Counted from the whole stretch's first letter, positions 36,266-50,522 are shown. The stretch is DNA of 63,265 nt, filler included, from Hyphochytrium catenoides (GCA_900088475.1; 11 parts of 11 records of this genome joined end to end with filler, not necessarily neighbours in it), one strand, 5' to 3'. Notes: generated by a model from the sequence alone, not told the origin. Made by a program: numbers and translations.

Positions 36266-37711
36266 CTTTCTTCTGCTTGATGAAGCAAAGCAGGAAGCGA
36301 TAGAAAAGAGGGTAGAGGTTGGATCTCTTCCCCGCTAGCTATGGAAAAGCCTCGTCTTCCTGCTATGGAGGAAGATTCGAAAGTGGGGCCTCCTGACCAG
36401 GACTGATGGGACACAGAAGGGGTGAAAAGAAGAGGGAGAGAGAGACTAAAAAGGAGAGAGAGAGAGAAAGGGAGAAGGGGAGAGAGAGAAAGAGAGAAGA
36501 GGAGAGAGGAAAACGGTGCAGCCAACGAGAGGAAGGGTCAGCCGGGAGAATAGTAGGCGGAATGAGGATAACCCGAGCTTGAAAGCAACAAAAGGAAAGG
36601 ATAAATATGTTGGCGGAGAGAGAGAATGATATAGTTAAGATGCATTATGCGCCTTTTATAAGGTGGAATAATCTACGGGAAGGTAAACTATAGCAGGCTT
36701 CTCTCCCTTCCTATGATCCTGTCTCCCGCCATCGGCTAATGAAGCACGCGCCGCTAGTGACAGAGAAAGGGGGCAACAGAAGGAGAAACTGCCCCTGTCA
36801 ACCATGTAAGAGAGAGAGAGAGAAAAGAATGGGAAGAGGGAAGAGAGAAGAAAGAGAAGAGAGAGAAGAGAGAGAAGAGAAAGAATGCTGAGCAAAGAAA
36901 CCGCCCATATGATAGGGATGTCACCACTCTTGACGCCATCTGACCTGATGGAGAAGGGAGAGAGAGGATAAGCGTCAGAGAGAGAGAGAGACCAAGAGAG
37001 GATGAGGAGAGAGAGAGAGAGAAGCCCCCAAAGCTGGCCAAAAGAGACAAAGAGACGATTGCCGGGGGCAGGATCGGAATCAGAAAGAGATCTGCCATCG
37101 GATGGAAGAACAGGAACAGAAGACGGGATAGCACTGAGAAGAGAGACCAATGACATCATCTTTCTTCAGAGGGGGAAGTGCAGAAGCTGATGAGAAGAAG
37201 GAAAAGGAGGGTTATGAGAGAATGAGGAAAGAATGGTGTGAGATGACGGGGAGAGAGATTGGAGCGTGAGTGGTTGGAGGGAGAGGAAGGCAGGAGTGGG
37301 GAGAGATCGGAAAGGGGAGAGACGGAAAGGGACGAGAGAGAGAGAGGGCAAGTGAGAGGGAGAGAGAGAGAGCGAGAGAGAGCGAGAGAGAGGGAGAGAG
37401 AGGGAGAAAAGAGAGAGAGACAAGAGAGGAGAAGGAACGGTTCAAAAGGAGGCTGAGGGCCAGTTGACAGGAGAAGGCAGTGCACCAAGATTGAGACTGA
37501 AGCGTCCGTTACAAAGGTCCGCTAACGTGCTGCAGTCTTCATATTTCAAATTGGTACAGTTTTTCCTTGATATCATCCCGAATAAGACGAATTATTATCT
37601 TAATTATCCTGTATATACTGATGGTCTGACCCCCTTACCTTGATCTGGTGAGTACAGGAGTTGTGTACTGCACCGGACAACGACGCACGAACCCTATGTG
37701 ATGACAGCGGC

Positions 37712-37756
<45 letters not shown>

Positions 37757-38607
37757 TTCTCTCCTCTCTCTCACTTGTCTGTTGTGTGCTTCTCTTTGTC
37801 AATCCTCTTCATTGTTGGTTAGGCCTATTCTTGCCTCTCTCCTCCTCTCTCTCCTCGCGCTTTTCTCTCCTCTTTTCGAACTCTTCTCTCCCAGGACCAA
37901 CTACAGATCATGGGGAAAGTATGATGAGTACCAAGCCTGCTCGTCTGTCTCTGTCTCTTACTGTCTCACGATCTCTCTCTCCTTTGTCTTCCTTTTCTGT
38001 GTATCTCTCTTCTCTATCATCTCTCGCTTCTTGATGGCAATACACTCTCTCTCTCTTCTCTATAATGGCAAAAGACCCTCCCCATCCCTCCTTCCTTCCT
38101 CTATTTTCATAAAACAGTCATAATACTCGCAGAGCATTATGAGAGGAGAGCGAGCGAGCGAGAGAGAGAGAGAGAGAGAGAGAGTGTCCTTGATCACAGC
38201 GGCGAACGACGGGAGATGGAGAGAGTGGAACACGCAGGTGTAGGCGGTATAGTTACTGCACACCTAAGGTGGGCAAACCATATTCCTTGGGCGTTCTCTC
38301 TCTCTCGCGCGCGCGGGCTCTTTCTCATTTTTATTGTTTTTGTCCTTCTGTGTTTTTGAGTTGTACAAAAAACTTCCTTCTTCCCCTCTATTCTCTAATA
38401 ATATGTATGGACTATCAGCTAACCCAAAAAACGATGAGTGTCTTTCTTTCCTCTATCTATCTTCTTCTTCCAAATCATCTCTTCTCTCTTTCTTCCCACT
38501 TTCTCCCTTTCCTTTCGATATTTTGTGTCTCCTACTCATTTGCTCTCTCTCTCTCTTTTTCTCTCTCTTCATATCTCTCTTTCTTTTCTGTCTTCCTCAT
38601 GTGCTTA

Positions 38608-39604
38608 TTAAGGTGCTGTCTTGGGCATATTTGTACTCCAGAGTCCTGTCTTTCTCCGAAGATGAATGCAGACGATGCCAAACTGTCGCTCGTCAGCCTC
38701 GCTGTCAAAGTTGTGTGTGAGTGAGAGAGAGAGAGAGAGAGAGAGAGNNNNNNNNNNNNNNNNNNNNNNNNNNNNNNNNNNNNNNNNNNNGAGAGAGAGA
38801 GAGAGTAAGAAAGAGTCGGACAAATTGGTGCTTGTTACAGGAAGGTACTGCGAACTCAGCTTTACCAGAAAGGAAGAGATGAAGTGAGATGGAAAAGCAA
38901 GAAAAGAAGAGGGAACAACAGAGAAGAAATTTCTTCTCTGAAGAAGAAAGAAAAAGACAGGAGACATGGATGGAGAGAGAAAGAGAGAGAGGATAGGTAC
39001 AACAACGAGGAAGGTACAGAAAGAGAGAGGTACAGGAAGAGGTAAAGCGATAGAGAGATGAGGAGAGGTACAAAGGGAGAGAGAGAGAGATGAGGAGAGG
39101 TACAAAAGAGAGAGAGAGAGATGAGGAGAGGTACAAAAGAGAGAGAGAGAGAGAGAGAGAGTAAGAAACAAAGAGAAAAGAGAGAGAGAGAGATGAGGAG
39201 AGGTACAAGGGGAGGGTTAGAGAGCGAGAGGAAGGGAGAGAGAGGAAGAGAGAGGGAAAGAGGAGAGAGTGAGAGAGAGACTCTATCGGTTACCTGAACA
39301 TGTTTCTATAAATCGCTACCGCCTCTGGAAGAGTACGCGCTCCAGGAATTGTCCTCAGAAGTCCTTCCTGTATGTGGAACGATGAGATTTTGAGGAAAGG
39401 ATGATGAGACGAAGCAATCATGACACGACCGGGAAAGAAAGAGAGAGAGATGGAGAGAGAGAGAGAGAGAGAGAGCCGGATGACTTTTCATCCCACCTCC
39501 TCTTGCTATCTACAATGTAGTGGGGAACACTTAAGGAAAGAGGATAGATACAGACGACGAAGAGAGACGAAGGGAGAGAAAGCGGAATGGCTGAAAAAGA
39601 GAGC

Positions 39605-39636
<32 letters not shown>

Positions 39637-39852
39637 CTTCACCTGCATCAAGGCGTCTTCTAGGGACGTGTACTTGAGAACTCTGTGGGCTTTCGCCTTA
39701 ACATAAAGCCCTTGATTATTGAGCTTCACCTTCGTCCCTGGCCGCATGTCCGTGAAATGGTCGATGTTCAGCCGCAAAAGAACCGTTTTCTGCCCGCTGG
39801 CGATGGCTCCAAACCAAGGGTCCGCCACGTCGATATTTAGAGCGTTGCCCAT
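38608..39852 (-). CDS. ASCH-domain protein (3 exons: 39852-39643, 39367-39294, 38701-38608; 125 aa)
   Basis: PWFGAIASGQKTVLLRL...YTSLEDALMQ|EGLLRTIPGARTLPEAVAIYRNMFS|EADERQFGIVCIHL; GT-AG introns keep the frame. Confidence 0.85.
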
Positions 39853-40152
39853 GGTTCTCTCCTCTCTCTTTAGCTGTCCTGTCTCTCTCTCTTTTTCTTC
39901 TTGTTCTCCTCTCTCTCTCTCTCTTGGTGACTCTGACTCTCCTGCTCCTGTATCTAGCGGGTCGTTGTACGGTATAGTTTGTTTTTCTCTCACTCGATAG
40001 TGACTCTATCTCAACTTGATCTCTTCTTCGTTGCTTGCGCTGAAGTTTTTTGCTTCTCTTTGGCAGGGATTGTCTCTGATTGCGAAAGCTGAAAAGTGCT
40101 GAAATCTCGGGGAAGTGAGCCGGAAGCGCCACCAGGGAACACGGAGGCAGCA

Positions 40153-40196
<44 letters not shown>

Positions 40197-41172
40197 AGGA
40201 AGGGTTCTTGTCCTCCTTGTTTCTCTTCATTCTTTTATTAGCGAGAGGAGGGGATGCAGTGATGTCAGGGTGGGGCGAGTACTGGTCCAAGGAAAGTAAA
40301 GAGAGAAAGGAAGGATTGTGTCTGAGCTCTTCTCATTGTCAGCCTTCTCTCCGCTTGGACTTACTCTTCTTCTCTCTCCCGCCGTCTTCTCCCCCTTCTG
40401 CACGCTTGTAAGCGTGCTTCTCTCTCTTCTTTATTTCGTCTCTTTCTCACTTTTCTCTCTCTCTTCTCTTCCCTCGATGATGATGAGAGGCGGCTGCTTC
40501 TTGCTGTTCTGGTTGCGAGAGGATGCGAACAGTCATTCCTTTCTCCTTGAAGAAGAAGACAACATACAGGACCAAAGATGAGAAGAAGCACCAGCTCGTT
40601 CTCATTCCTCGCAAAGCCTCCCTTCCTTTGTACACCTGCCTCTCTCTCTTTCTCTCTTTCTCTCTCTCTCTCTCTCTTTCTCTCCGTCCCTCTTTCTCTC
40701 TCTCTCTCTTTCTCTTTCTCCCTCTCTCTCCACATCGGGACGCTCCCACATATTTGTCCCTCTGTCTAGAGCTTTGTCCACTCTGTCTCGTATCTTATCT
40801 CTTTTTTTACTCCTGATCTTCTCCTCTCTCGCGTGCTTCTTTGCTATCTTGTGCTATTCTGTTTCTACGAACTATAACTGGGTTAACCGCGAAGTTTTTG
40901 TGTGGGGACAATAAGACAGGAAAGCACAAAAAGTTGGGTGGCCCTGGGAACCTGAGGGTCTTTTTCGGGTCAATCCTAATGGGTCTTGTGGTTGCTCATA
41001 TTCCATATCATTCTTTGCAGATCCAGGAATAAGGCAGATCTCACCTCTTGCCAACTTGCCGTCCCTTTCCTCTCCTCTTTCTCTCTCTCTCTCTGTCTCG
41101 GTCTCTGTCTCTGTATATATATACATGTATATACGATCTATCTCTATCTCTATCTCTCTCTCTTTCTTTCGT

Positions 41173-41206
<34 letters not shown>

Positions 41207-42749
41207 TCTCTTCTTTCTTCTCTCTCTCTCTCTCGTGACTGCCTGAGAAATTCATTGACTGTTCGCTGGGCACCTGGTTCACAGAACAGAATAGGAGAAG
41301 AAGAGCCACTTCCAAAGAGAAAGAGGAAACAACAAAGGAACAAGGGAGAAGGAGAAAAGAAGAGCAATGTGCTGAGATAAAACCACCAACAGAAAACGAA
41401 AGAAAGTGACCAGAAGAAGTTGTACACCAGAGACTAGCTAAGATGAGACAGAAGAGAGGGGCGGGAAGAGATAAAAGAAGAAAAGAAGAGGAAGACAAGC
41501 CCCGCCGGAAAAAAGAGACATAAAGAAAAAGACAGATCAACAGCAAAAGATGCAAGAAGACCAGCGAGGGCAACCTCTTCTCTCTTCTCTGCCTTGCATC
41601 TTTTTCTCTGCCGCTGAGTTGTTCCTCTCTAGAATCCTTATGCGGTTGTGCGCTAAAGCAAAAGTATCGAGTGGTAGACGTTCAGGGCGTTGTTTGTTGC
41701 AGCTCGAGAGGAGGAGGTTGTTCGTTCAACCATGGGAGGAGGGTCAAAATGTCATAGACCAATTTCTCTTCTTTGTCTCTTTTTCTCTCTTTTCTGTCTT
41801 CGATTTCCTCTTTTGATTGTACTTTGGGAGGACAGATAGAGGTGATGACTTTCTTACCCCCGAGCACTACTAGAGGAGGAAGACAGCTAGGAAATATATC
41901 AACAAAAAGAAACAGAAACTGCCTTACCAAGGTAACGGGTGAGAGAAAACAGAGAGAGAAGAAGGAGAAAAATACAGAGAGAAAGAGATAGAAAAGGGGG
42001 GGGNNNNNNNNNNNNNNNNNNNNNNNNNNNNNNNNNNNNNNNNNNNNTTAATTAATTAANNNNNNNNNNNNNNNNNNNNNNNNNNNNNNNNNNNNNNNNN
42101 NNNGAGAGATAGAAACATTGCAGACCTGAAAAATACTAGTGTAGTGTTCAGGTCTCGAAGTCTATGCTGATGCAGGAGATGCTGATTCGCAAACTTTGCT
42201 TCATCTCTTCAAGCTTTCAACAAGGGCAGGCAAGAAGAGCAATGCACAATCCCGGCGCTGCGCTCTGAGAGCTGGGACGGAAGAGTGATGAACGAATCAT
42301 GAATGAAGCGTTGTTCAGTCAGGCCATTGACTTGTTGCAGCAGCAGGAGAAAGTCTACACCCTACACACAACAATCGGCAAGAGGTCTCGTCGAAAAGCC
42401 AAGGACACAAAGCCTTGCAGATAATGGAGGAGGAATACCATTGATGAACTACTTATTATATTAAGAGCGGTTATCTAGGATGAGAAATTGAGCCCCCGCC
42501 GCCGGAAGAAGGCCGTCGTAGCTCTGGCTTGCATCTTCGACTGTCTAATGAAGCACAAACAGCGCACCACCGATTCCATCATCGGCCATGATGAAAACGA
42601 CAACGAAGCAAAATGAGCGACACCTCCCACGAGATGATTGTACCGTGGTGGCCTCTTCTCTGGCCTTAGGGGTAGGAGTTCTCGGTGCACTTTCCTACTA
42701 CTACAATGGGGCCTTTTTGACAAAACTCCCAAGCGGGCGAACCTTGGTC

Positions 42750-43510
42750 ATAGTTTGAGATCTGCACATAGGCACCGGTAAAGCAAGGTCCCATCAAAAA
42801 GTTCTTCAAGGAGATCTTGGTTTTGCGAGGGCTTTCTCCGGAATCTTGAGGCTTCAGGGTGGCTCGAGGAGTCAAAAGCTAGGGTGAAGATGTAAGTTAC
42901 GATTGCACCTGCACCACGGGCTTGTTAGCGGAACGGTAGCAGGGCAATGACAACTACCTCGATGTACTCGTCGTCCCAAACGTCATTGGGAGCCGTCACC
43001 ATCTTCCTCGATTCATCCCAACCGAAGCAAGAATTTTTCCTCAGCTAGGACCATATAATATAGTACTTTCAAAGCTGTACAACAAGCGTCAGGTCATGGT
43101 GATAGTGGCGAGGGCAAGAGTGGGAGATTTAGTTATTATTAGCTGGAGGGCGACTGCTGCCATAGTAAATAATCTGCTCTCTACTACAGACCTGTAAGTA
43201 TTATCGTGACTTCAGCAGAGTTGCTGCACCGTATAAGAAACCGCAGAGCGCTGGTTGAACCTCTCCCGTGCTTCTTGATATACTTGTTTCTTAAGGCCGT
43301 TTTCTGCACGCCTGCCTCCACGGACTTGGTCTATCAAGACCTCTAGAAGGAAGGTGCTTTTTTTTGTGATGTCCACAATGCCCTGGTATCTGAAGCGCTC
43401 CTATCATCACTACTGTAGGCGCTATCGTCACTGTGGCGCCGATGGTGGTGGCTTTTCTTCTTTCTGCTCCTGTGATTGTTGTCTGTTATTGTCTGTGATG
43501 AAGAAGCCAT
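42750..43510 (-). pseudogene. Myb/SANT-like gene of PIF/Harbinger type, degenerate, with introns
   Basis: LWT...LLEVLIDQVRGGRRAENGLKK...FNQR...YTVQQL; CFGWDESRKMVTAPNDVWD; HPEASRFRRKP...LEELFDG..TG. Confidence 0.75.
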
Positions 43511-44482
43511 GCTTCAAGCTCTAGCAGCGCAAGTGGGGCTTCGACTAAGACGACGGGGTCGATAGAACAAATGTTGAAGATACTTCTTGAGGGTCAGAAA
43601 GACGAGCGGCATGATGCCTCGGCAGTGCCACACACAATTGTGAATCATGGGCCAAGAGCTCAGCATGCAGCAGTGCGTCGATAGAAGAGATTGCTGCTCC
43701 TCTGATGATAGCTGCTGCTGCTGCTGCTGCCGCCGCTACAACAAAGAAGATGATTCTTGTCACAATTATAAAACTCTCATCTGTCAGCACCTTTTTCTAC
43801 TGCGAAGTCACATTGATCCTCAGCCCCAGCAAACCAGCCAGCTTCCAAGATGCTGCAGCTGTGACTTCTGAAGTTGATGTCGTCTCAGCTGTTCGTCTGT
43901 TTGAAGTGTCCATTGAAACTTTGCGAAAAAAGGAGCTTGAAGGGACGAGCCAAAGGATTATCACAATCAGGGGTGGGCAATTATTTAATTTTAACTCCAA
44001 TTTAATTTTAATAATTTAGGGGAAATTAAATTGGAAATTACGGCGAAGGGTGACGAACTCTAACTCCAATTCATAATTCGTGGCACAAGCGCCCGTAATT
44101 TAATTCCCTCCGGAAAAATTCTTNNNNNNNNNNNNNNNNNNNNNNNNNNNNNNNNNNNNNNNNNNNNTTAATTAATTAANNNNNNNNNNNNNNNNNNNNN
44201 NNNNNNNNNNNNNNNNNNNNNNNGGTATAACGTTACATAGTCCACTCAAAATTCTTTTTGGTCTGAAAGGAGGCAGACCTGTGGACCATCTGGTATTGGG
44301 CCGTCACACCGAGAGCTTTGGCTCTGGGTTGGGATGTGGGTGTGTCTATTTCCATCTCTGGGCCTCTTATATTTTCTCAAGGGTTCACTTGCACATTCTC
44401 AGCTTAAAGCATCAGAGGTCTCGCTAATATGCGTCCAACATTTACTTCTGCCCTGTGTGAGGGATGTAGCCTTCGATCTTAT

Positions 44483-46205
44483 TCACTCATACCTCAATCG
44501 ATGTTTAGCGACCAGCACTAAAGCCATGAAGACGATGCTACATAATAGAAATGCGATGCATCGATTGGCTCGACTGCTTCCCATCTGATTCTTTTCGGCT
44601 TCTCGTAAATGCTTGAGACCACTTGCCATCTTACTTACGACCTAGGAGGAGAACGAAGAAGAGCAAGAGATTAATGGGAAGACTCCAGTGAAGCGGCGGC
44701 TAGAAAGAACGATAAAGGACCCGGAAGATCCTCCGCTAAAACAGCAGCCCGGAGCACTCACACCGTGCACCACTCGCCGAGACTTAGTGGAACGCCATGT
44801 GAGTTCCAGGATGATTAGTAACCGAGAGATAGAAGACAATTGCCCACAAAATAGGGATTCAAGAGGGGCTCTCTTAACTCGCGGAGATGAGCGACTCTGA
44901 GGAGGCAAAACAGAAGAAGAACCCTGCAGGAGATTCGACAGGCGATAGGTAGCTGCAGCTCACCCGCTCCATGTTGTAGTCGACTCTGTCCAGGATTGTG
45001 CCTTGGTCGACTATCATTGCTGACAGCTCAGAAAAGATAGAGTGAAGGTCCCGGATGGACTTCAGTATATGTTCTAGCTCTTGGTCTCTTTCTATGGCTA
45101 TAAGCTCACTGGCAGAAATCATCATATCCGTCTGACGGAATAGTTGCTATAGAGGAAGGAACCGGATGAAGATGAGCAAATGTGAGAAGTGGTGATAGCT
45201 GAAGAACTTATAGAATGAGAGCACTGCAGAAGAGAAGCTAGGTGCCAGCGAAATAGCAGCAAAACACGGGGAAGAGGTGCTGGAAGGAGTATAAAGAGAA
45301 AGCACAAGTATGAGGGCAGTATGCAACTGTCGCTACCTCCTGGGCGCTCTCTCCAGCTTCCAAGCCATCAAAGTTCTGAGAGAGGCGAAAAGCTCCTCCT
45401 TTCTTCTGCACTGTGAGCTGCCTCAGGTACTCCTGTTGACTTTTTCTAAACGAAGAAGACAGCTGCTGCAGTCTTACTGCCAATGATTGCTGGATGTTAC
45501 TCCGGAGCTGCCTCTCGCTCACTGAACATCCTGATGCTATTGCATAACCAGTAAATACCCTAGCGCATCTCCTGTATCATGTTTGACATGCTAACCTGTT
45601 TGGTTGATTCTTTTAAGAGCTGCTTCAGCTCTTCTGAAAGTCGTGGTGATGTGGTTTGTTAGCCGGTTGATCTCTTCGTCTTGATGGTCTTCCATTCCAT
45701 CAAACCTTACTAGCAACCGACCGCGATGTAACTGGGACAACTGCTCCACTGATATGCGAAAGGTGTAAGGATGACCCAGCGACCAAAGAATATCGACTGA
45801 GTGGCAAAGGATGTCTCAACAGGATAGCCAACAGACTGTCAGAGATGGAGCAGGCGGAGATGGTAAAACTATTACTTTGTGAAACGATATTCCGGATGTC
45901 AGCATTTAGTTGGTCCACGCCCTTCACGTAGGTAGGAGGGCATTCATCTGCTCTGTTGTCTCTTTCTCTATATTCAGTAGAGATCAGCGGCTCTCTCTGG
46001 ACGTTGGTGGAAGGCAGGGTACAGAGCGATAACACGAGGGTCAAATGGTATTGGGGCCGGCAAAATATTGTTAGCGAAGTACACTTACGCAGTCAGCATC
46101 AAAGTCGAACCGTCTCCCAAGCTTCTTAGGCTTACGGAGAACGCTTGGTGCATGATAGTCACAGCGCTTCTCGGTGAAGAGCCTGGTGAGATCTCTGGTC
46201 GTCAT
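44483..46205 (-). CDS. STX16: Syntaxin-16 / Tlg2 / SYP4 Qa-SNARE, multi-exon
   Basis: N-peptide MTTRDLTRLF, NIQQSLAVRLQQLSSSFRKSQQEYL, SNARE motif IVDQGTILDRVDYNME, and a C-terminal TM IAFLLCSIVFMALVLVAK. Confidence 0.9.
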
Positions 46206-47547
46206 TCTGCTGCTAGCCGAAAATCAACAGGGATCTTGCCGCAGAGAAGGGAGGAAGTTCCGCCAGTCCAAGTGTAGACGGACTTGTAGCGTTGATCGAA
46301 GCGGTAAATCACCTCCTCAAATGACTTGCTCGTTGGCTCTTCTTCGCACCCAGAGAGGTGCGTAGTTGGGGTAAATGCCGTCGTAGCGCCAAAACACGCG
46401 ACGAATGGACCTGTGTCAGTTGTTGATTTAGGCCTGCAAACTTATACACCAGTCCGCAGGTCTTCAGCAGCCAATGTGGAAGTGAAGACCCAAAGTAGGG
46501 ACTCTCCGCAGATAAGTTCTACGCGTCTCTAAAGTTTGCTAAAGACCTCTTAACATGGCAGGTAGCCAGACAGCCGCATTGAGCAGCAACTGTCTTTCTG
46601 TGCAACTCTGTTCCGCCCTCCTACTGCCAATGTCTGGAGACTTCCTTCAGTAGGCGCCGTTCTTATCGGCTCCTCAGCTCCATGCAGGCTCCCTGCGCTC
46701 GACCCTGAGCTCCCACTTCGTTTCTTCTGTTGATGTGAGCTCCTTGCGATCTCGTGCAGAGTTACGACAGACCGAGCGCTGCTTCAGCGGCTTCTCTCCT
46801 GTGTTCACTTCCTTTCGTCCTCAGCTCCCCCAGGAGTTACTTCAAGAGGTCCAAGGGGCAAGAATAACACTGGACAAAACGTAGTTCTACCTGTACAGGG
46901 ACATACAGTTTACTAGTGCGCACTCCCCTGTGCAGTGCTATGGGGAGCCCATGCCGCACGGAGTCACACAGTTGAAGTTCCAGGAGGAAGAGCTTATTTA
47001 TAGGGAATATGGTCTACCATATCGTAAATCCAGTTTAACTCACAAAAACATTCATCTCGTGCCGCTAGCCGCTAACGGCCGGCACTCCAAGCGAACTCTC
47101 CAAACGCTGCGGACGGGTGTTACAACAGGAAATCAATCCCCGCGCGATGTGCCAAGACAATGGGGAAGAGACAGCAGACAGAGATTTTATAATAATGTAA
47201 GGAGTACTTCAGTAGAGATCAGATGGACGGTTGGATGCTGGATGAAGACGCAGCAGCTCGAGTAGTAGGGGAGACTGCGGAGATATAGTCTCACACTGTC
47301 GTCTCTACCCATCGCGGAGCCTTGCGTCGAAGCTGGAGCCTTAATGTCGTTAGCCCGTGACCTATTAGCCTACCATCATTGAAAAACGCTAGTAGGTTCA
47401 GAGAACAAGTGACAGAGCGTGATCACGGCTCCCTTGAGACTCTGGAGGCCTGAAGCCTGGAATGTTCTCGTACCATGGAGCCGTTTAGGATAAGTAGTGG
47501 CACAGATAGTCTAGAGTAACGAAGCCGCCACAAAGCTACCAGGCGAG

Positions 47548-48329
47548 ATGACGCCCAATTCAAACGTAGGACGACCGCAGTCGACCCGGAGGCCGATTGC
47601 CAACCGCAAATCGACCCTAAGTTCGCGGATCAAAGCGTTCCTATCGTCATTAGCTGCACGGAGCAGTCGATGGGATGATGGAATTTTCAAAGTTTTGGGG
47701 ATGCTTACTTTGTTTTTGCTGGCACTGGGATGTGTATACTATCTGGCCGGCCCTGAGGCGGATCCTGGTCCGGTGCTTAGGAAAGCTGAAGCCCCAGTTG
47801 ACAACTTACCTCCTAGCGCTGAAGGTAGCACCGATTAGTGCTATTTAGCTCCCTCGTCTAGGTCTTCTCACTGCCCTTATGCAGGCACACAGCCACAAAT
47901 ACTCGATGTTACCTCCGCAAAAGCTGCTGGGGATGTCACTCCGTCGCTGTCGCCAAAGACACCATCCAGCCCAGAAGTCGCTAAGAGCGTAGAATCTCAA
48001 GGGCTTCCTGCTGACATTTTAGAGACGCTACAGCCAGAGGACACAGGCAGGACGATAACTTCTTGCTTTCCCTTTTGCCGGAGAGAGTGTTCTGAGCTGT
48101 TTATCCTCCTTTCAGAGTCATGGAGCCTTCTTCGAACAGCGTTTCCTATGATTGTGGGCTTCTGCTTTGGTTTCCTGGGCTCTATACCTGTGACAGGTAA
48201 GAAAGCGCCTGTGAAGGAGAGATACCTGGAGTCGTCACTCTAATGCTTCCGGTTTGACTTTAGGCCCGACGTCAGTGATGGTGCTGAAGCTTGGTGTGCA
48301 AGGGCAATACTGGGCAGGACAGGCGGTCG
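47548..48329 (+). CDS. LysE-type translocator-like membrane protein with N-terminal extension; spliced, truncated
   Basis: N-terminal TM and P/S linker, then IVGFCFGFLGSIPVT|GPTSVMVLKLGVQGQYWAG across a GT-AG intron (48197-48263). Confidence 0.6.
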
Positions 48330-48956
48330 NNNNNNNNNNNNNNNNNNNNNNNNNNNNNNNNNNNNNNNNNNNNTTAATTAATTAANNNNNNNNNNNNNNN
48401 NNNNNNNNNNNNNNNNNNNNNNNNNNNNNACGGCGCAGGTTCTCAGATGACTCCTCCCCTGTTTAGACGTATGGGAAGCCAGGCTGAAGAAAGAATGTCC
48501 TCGAGGGCGCGCCGCGCCGCCTTGCGCTCTACGTTCGCTCCATTGCCCGTGTTAGTTGGAAGGCGCGCCACCCTAGATTAAGCCGAGAATTGCCCTTTCT
48601 AATAAGCCCTCTTTCACAGAACAAGAGACCTCAGTTAGACTTTCCTAGTGTGTTCTAGGAATTAGAAGAGAACGAAGCTTCAGAAATATAACTTATTAGG
48701 TTCGGCTATGCTTTAGTAGCACTCATAGGCAAGTAGCTGGGAAGGGCCCTACCCTATGTCGCTTTGACGAAAATAAAGTTTTGGTGCCAAATCTTGTCTT
48801 CTTCTATAACGAGGTTGTTATTATTCTACTGCCGCTCTATTCAGATAGTTCTGCAAGTACAAGTATGCATTGAGGTTCTACAAATATTTGTACTTACAAT
48901 CAAGAGTTATAACGACTTGCAGCTCCTCCAAAGATATGAGAGAGAGAGAGAGAGAG

Positions 48957-49000
<44 letters not shown>

Positions 49001-49012
49001 ACANNNNNNNNN

Positions 49013-49056
<44 letters not shown>

Positions 49057-50522
49057 AGAGAGAGAGAAGAGAGGAGAGACGAGAGAAGAGAAGAGAGAAG
49101 AAAGAAGAGGGACTGCCACTGGTAATAAGGCAAGGGCAGAGACGACAGCCGATTCTACACAGCAGAAGGTTTCCGGTAGCAGCAGACCCAACGGAGCTTA
49201 AGCAGCTTCCATTGAAATAAGGAAAGAGAAGGAAAGCGACAGAATCTGAAGCTCAAGGAAAGCTTGAAGACCCAAGCACGTTAAACCTCAGCCTTCCTCG
49301 TCCTCGTCATGCAGAGCCAGCCTAGCCCAAGATATCAGGCGACAAGAGTCCCCGCGGCCGCCGGACCAGCATCTCTCTCTTTCTCTTTCCCTCCTCAACC
49401 TTCTCTTCTTCCTCTCCAGCAAGGAAAGCCTGCCCTCACCATTGAGAGAGAAGCAGCAGCGAGCCAGAAGGGCCGACACTCTGTGCAGACCACGCTGGAG
49501 AGGTTTGAAGACTTTGCGCCGCTCTGCAGACGAGCTGAGCACGTCGCATTGGCTTCTGTCTGCCAAAAATTCTCCTCCATGAGCTAGAGTCTCGATGAAC
49601 TCTCTTCTTTTTCCTTTCCCCGCATTCTTTCCCTCTCCTCCTTCCCGGCCACCTAGCGTTAGCCGCCGTTGTCTTCTTTCCTCGCTCGCACACATTGTGT
49701 CTCTCCTCTCTCCTTCTCTATAGAGAAAAAGAGTTCTCCGTTTACCGTGGGGCTCTCGGTTGGCTAGGATTTGTAGGCTTATCTCTCTCTCTCTCTCTCT
49801 CCTCCTCCCCGGCTGCATCAGCCCATAAGCGGCTTGAAAATGGATGCTGATAGTAGAGAAACAAGAGAGAGTAAGAAGTAAGAAGAAGACAAGGGTTCAT
49901 GGAAGAGAGAAAGAGGTTGGCCTCCCTCCCCAGATCCACCATGACGATCGCCCCCAACACTCTTTGAGGAGGGAAGAGAACGAGGAGGGAGACGGAGAGA
50001 GAGAGAGAGACAGCAGGTAGACCTACGCAAAGCAGAGAATTTTTAGCGGTGGAGAAGGGCGTAATAGCACCACTTTGACTTATTTCCCTAGCGAGCAAGC
50101 TTCTCCTGTTCCCTCTCTCTCCTGACCTCGAGAAAAACTCTCTCTCCTTCTTCTCTTCCTCCCCTCGCCTGGCCCACGGGCGACGCGTGATAGAGGCTCA
50201 AGTTGTGGTCACAACTGAAAGCATAAAGGCTGATCATCTTCCCTCCCCTTTACCACTCTCTGTCTCTCTTTCTCTCCACTTCATCATCTCTCTTTTCAGT
50301 ATCCTTCCTCCCCCATTCCTTCTCACTTTCTCACTGTTGCCCTCTTCACCTCTCTCTCTCGCTGTGCCGCCTACTCCTTCACGCTCTTTCTCTAACCAAG
50401 AGCATTCTTTGACCCCGGCCGAGTAGCCTTTAAAAAGGTTGAGAATGTCCAGGCTGGGGCTAGAGAAAGGAAAAAATGGAGAGAGAGAGAGAGAGAGAGA
50501 AAAAGAGAGAGAGAGACTTCAT

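Noticed and set aside
36300-41900. Many Leu/Ser- or Arg/Glu-rich ORFs (also 14400-15700, 22400-23500, 57145-58172)
   Set aside because: They are translations of (CT)n/(GA)n and CTT low-complexity DNA.
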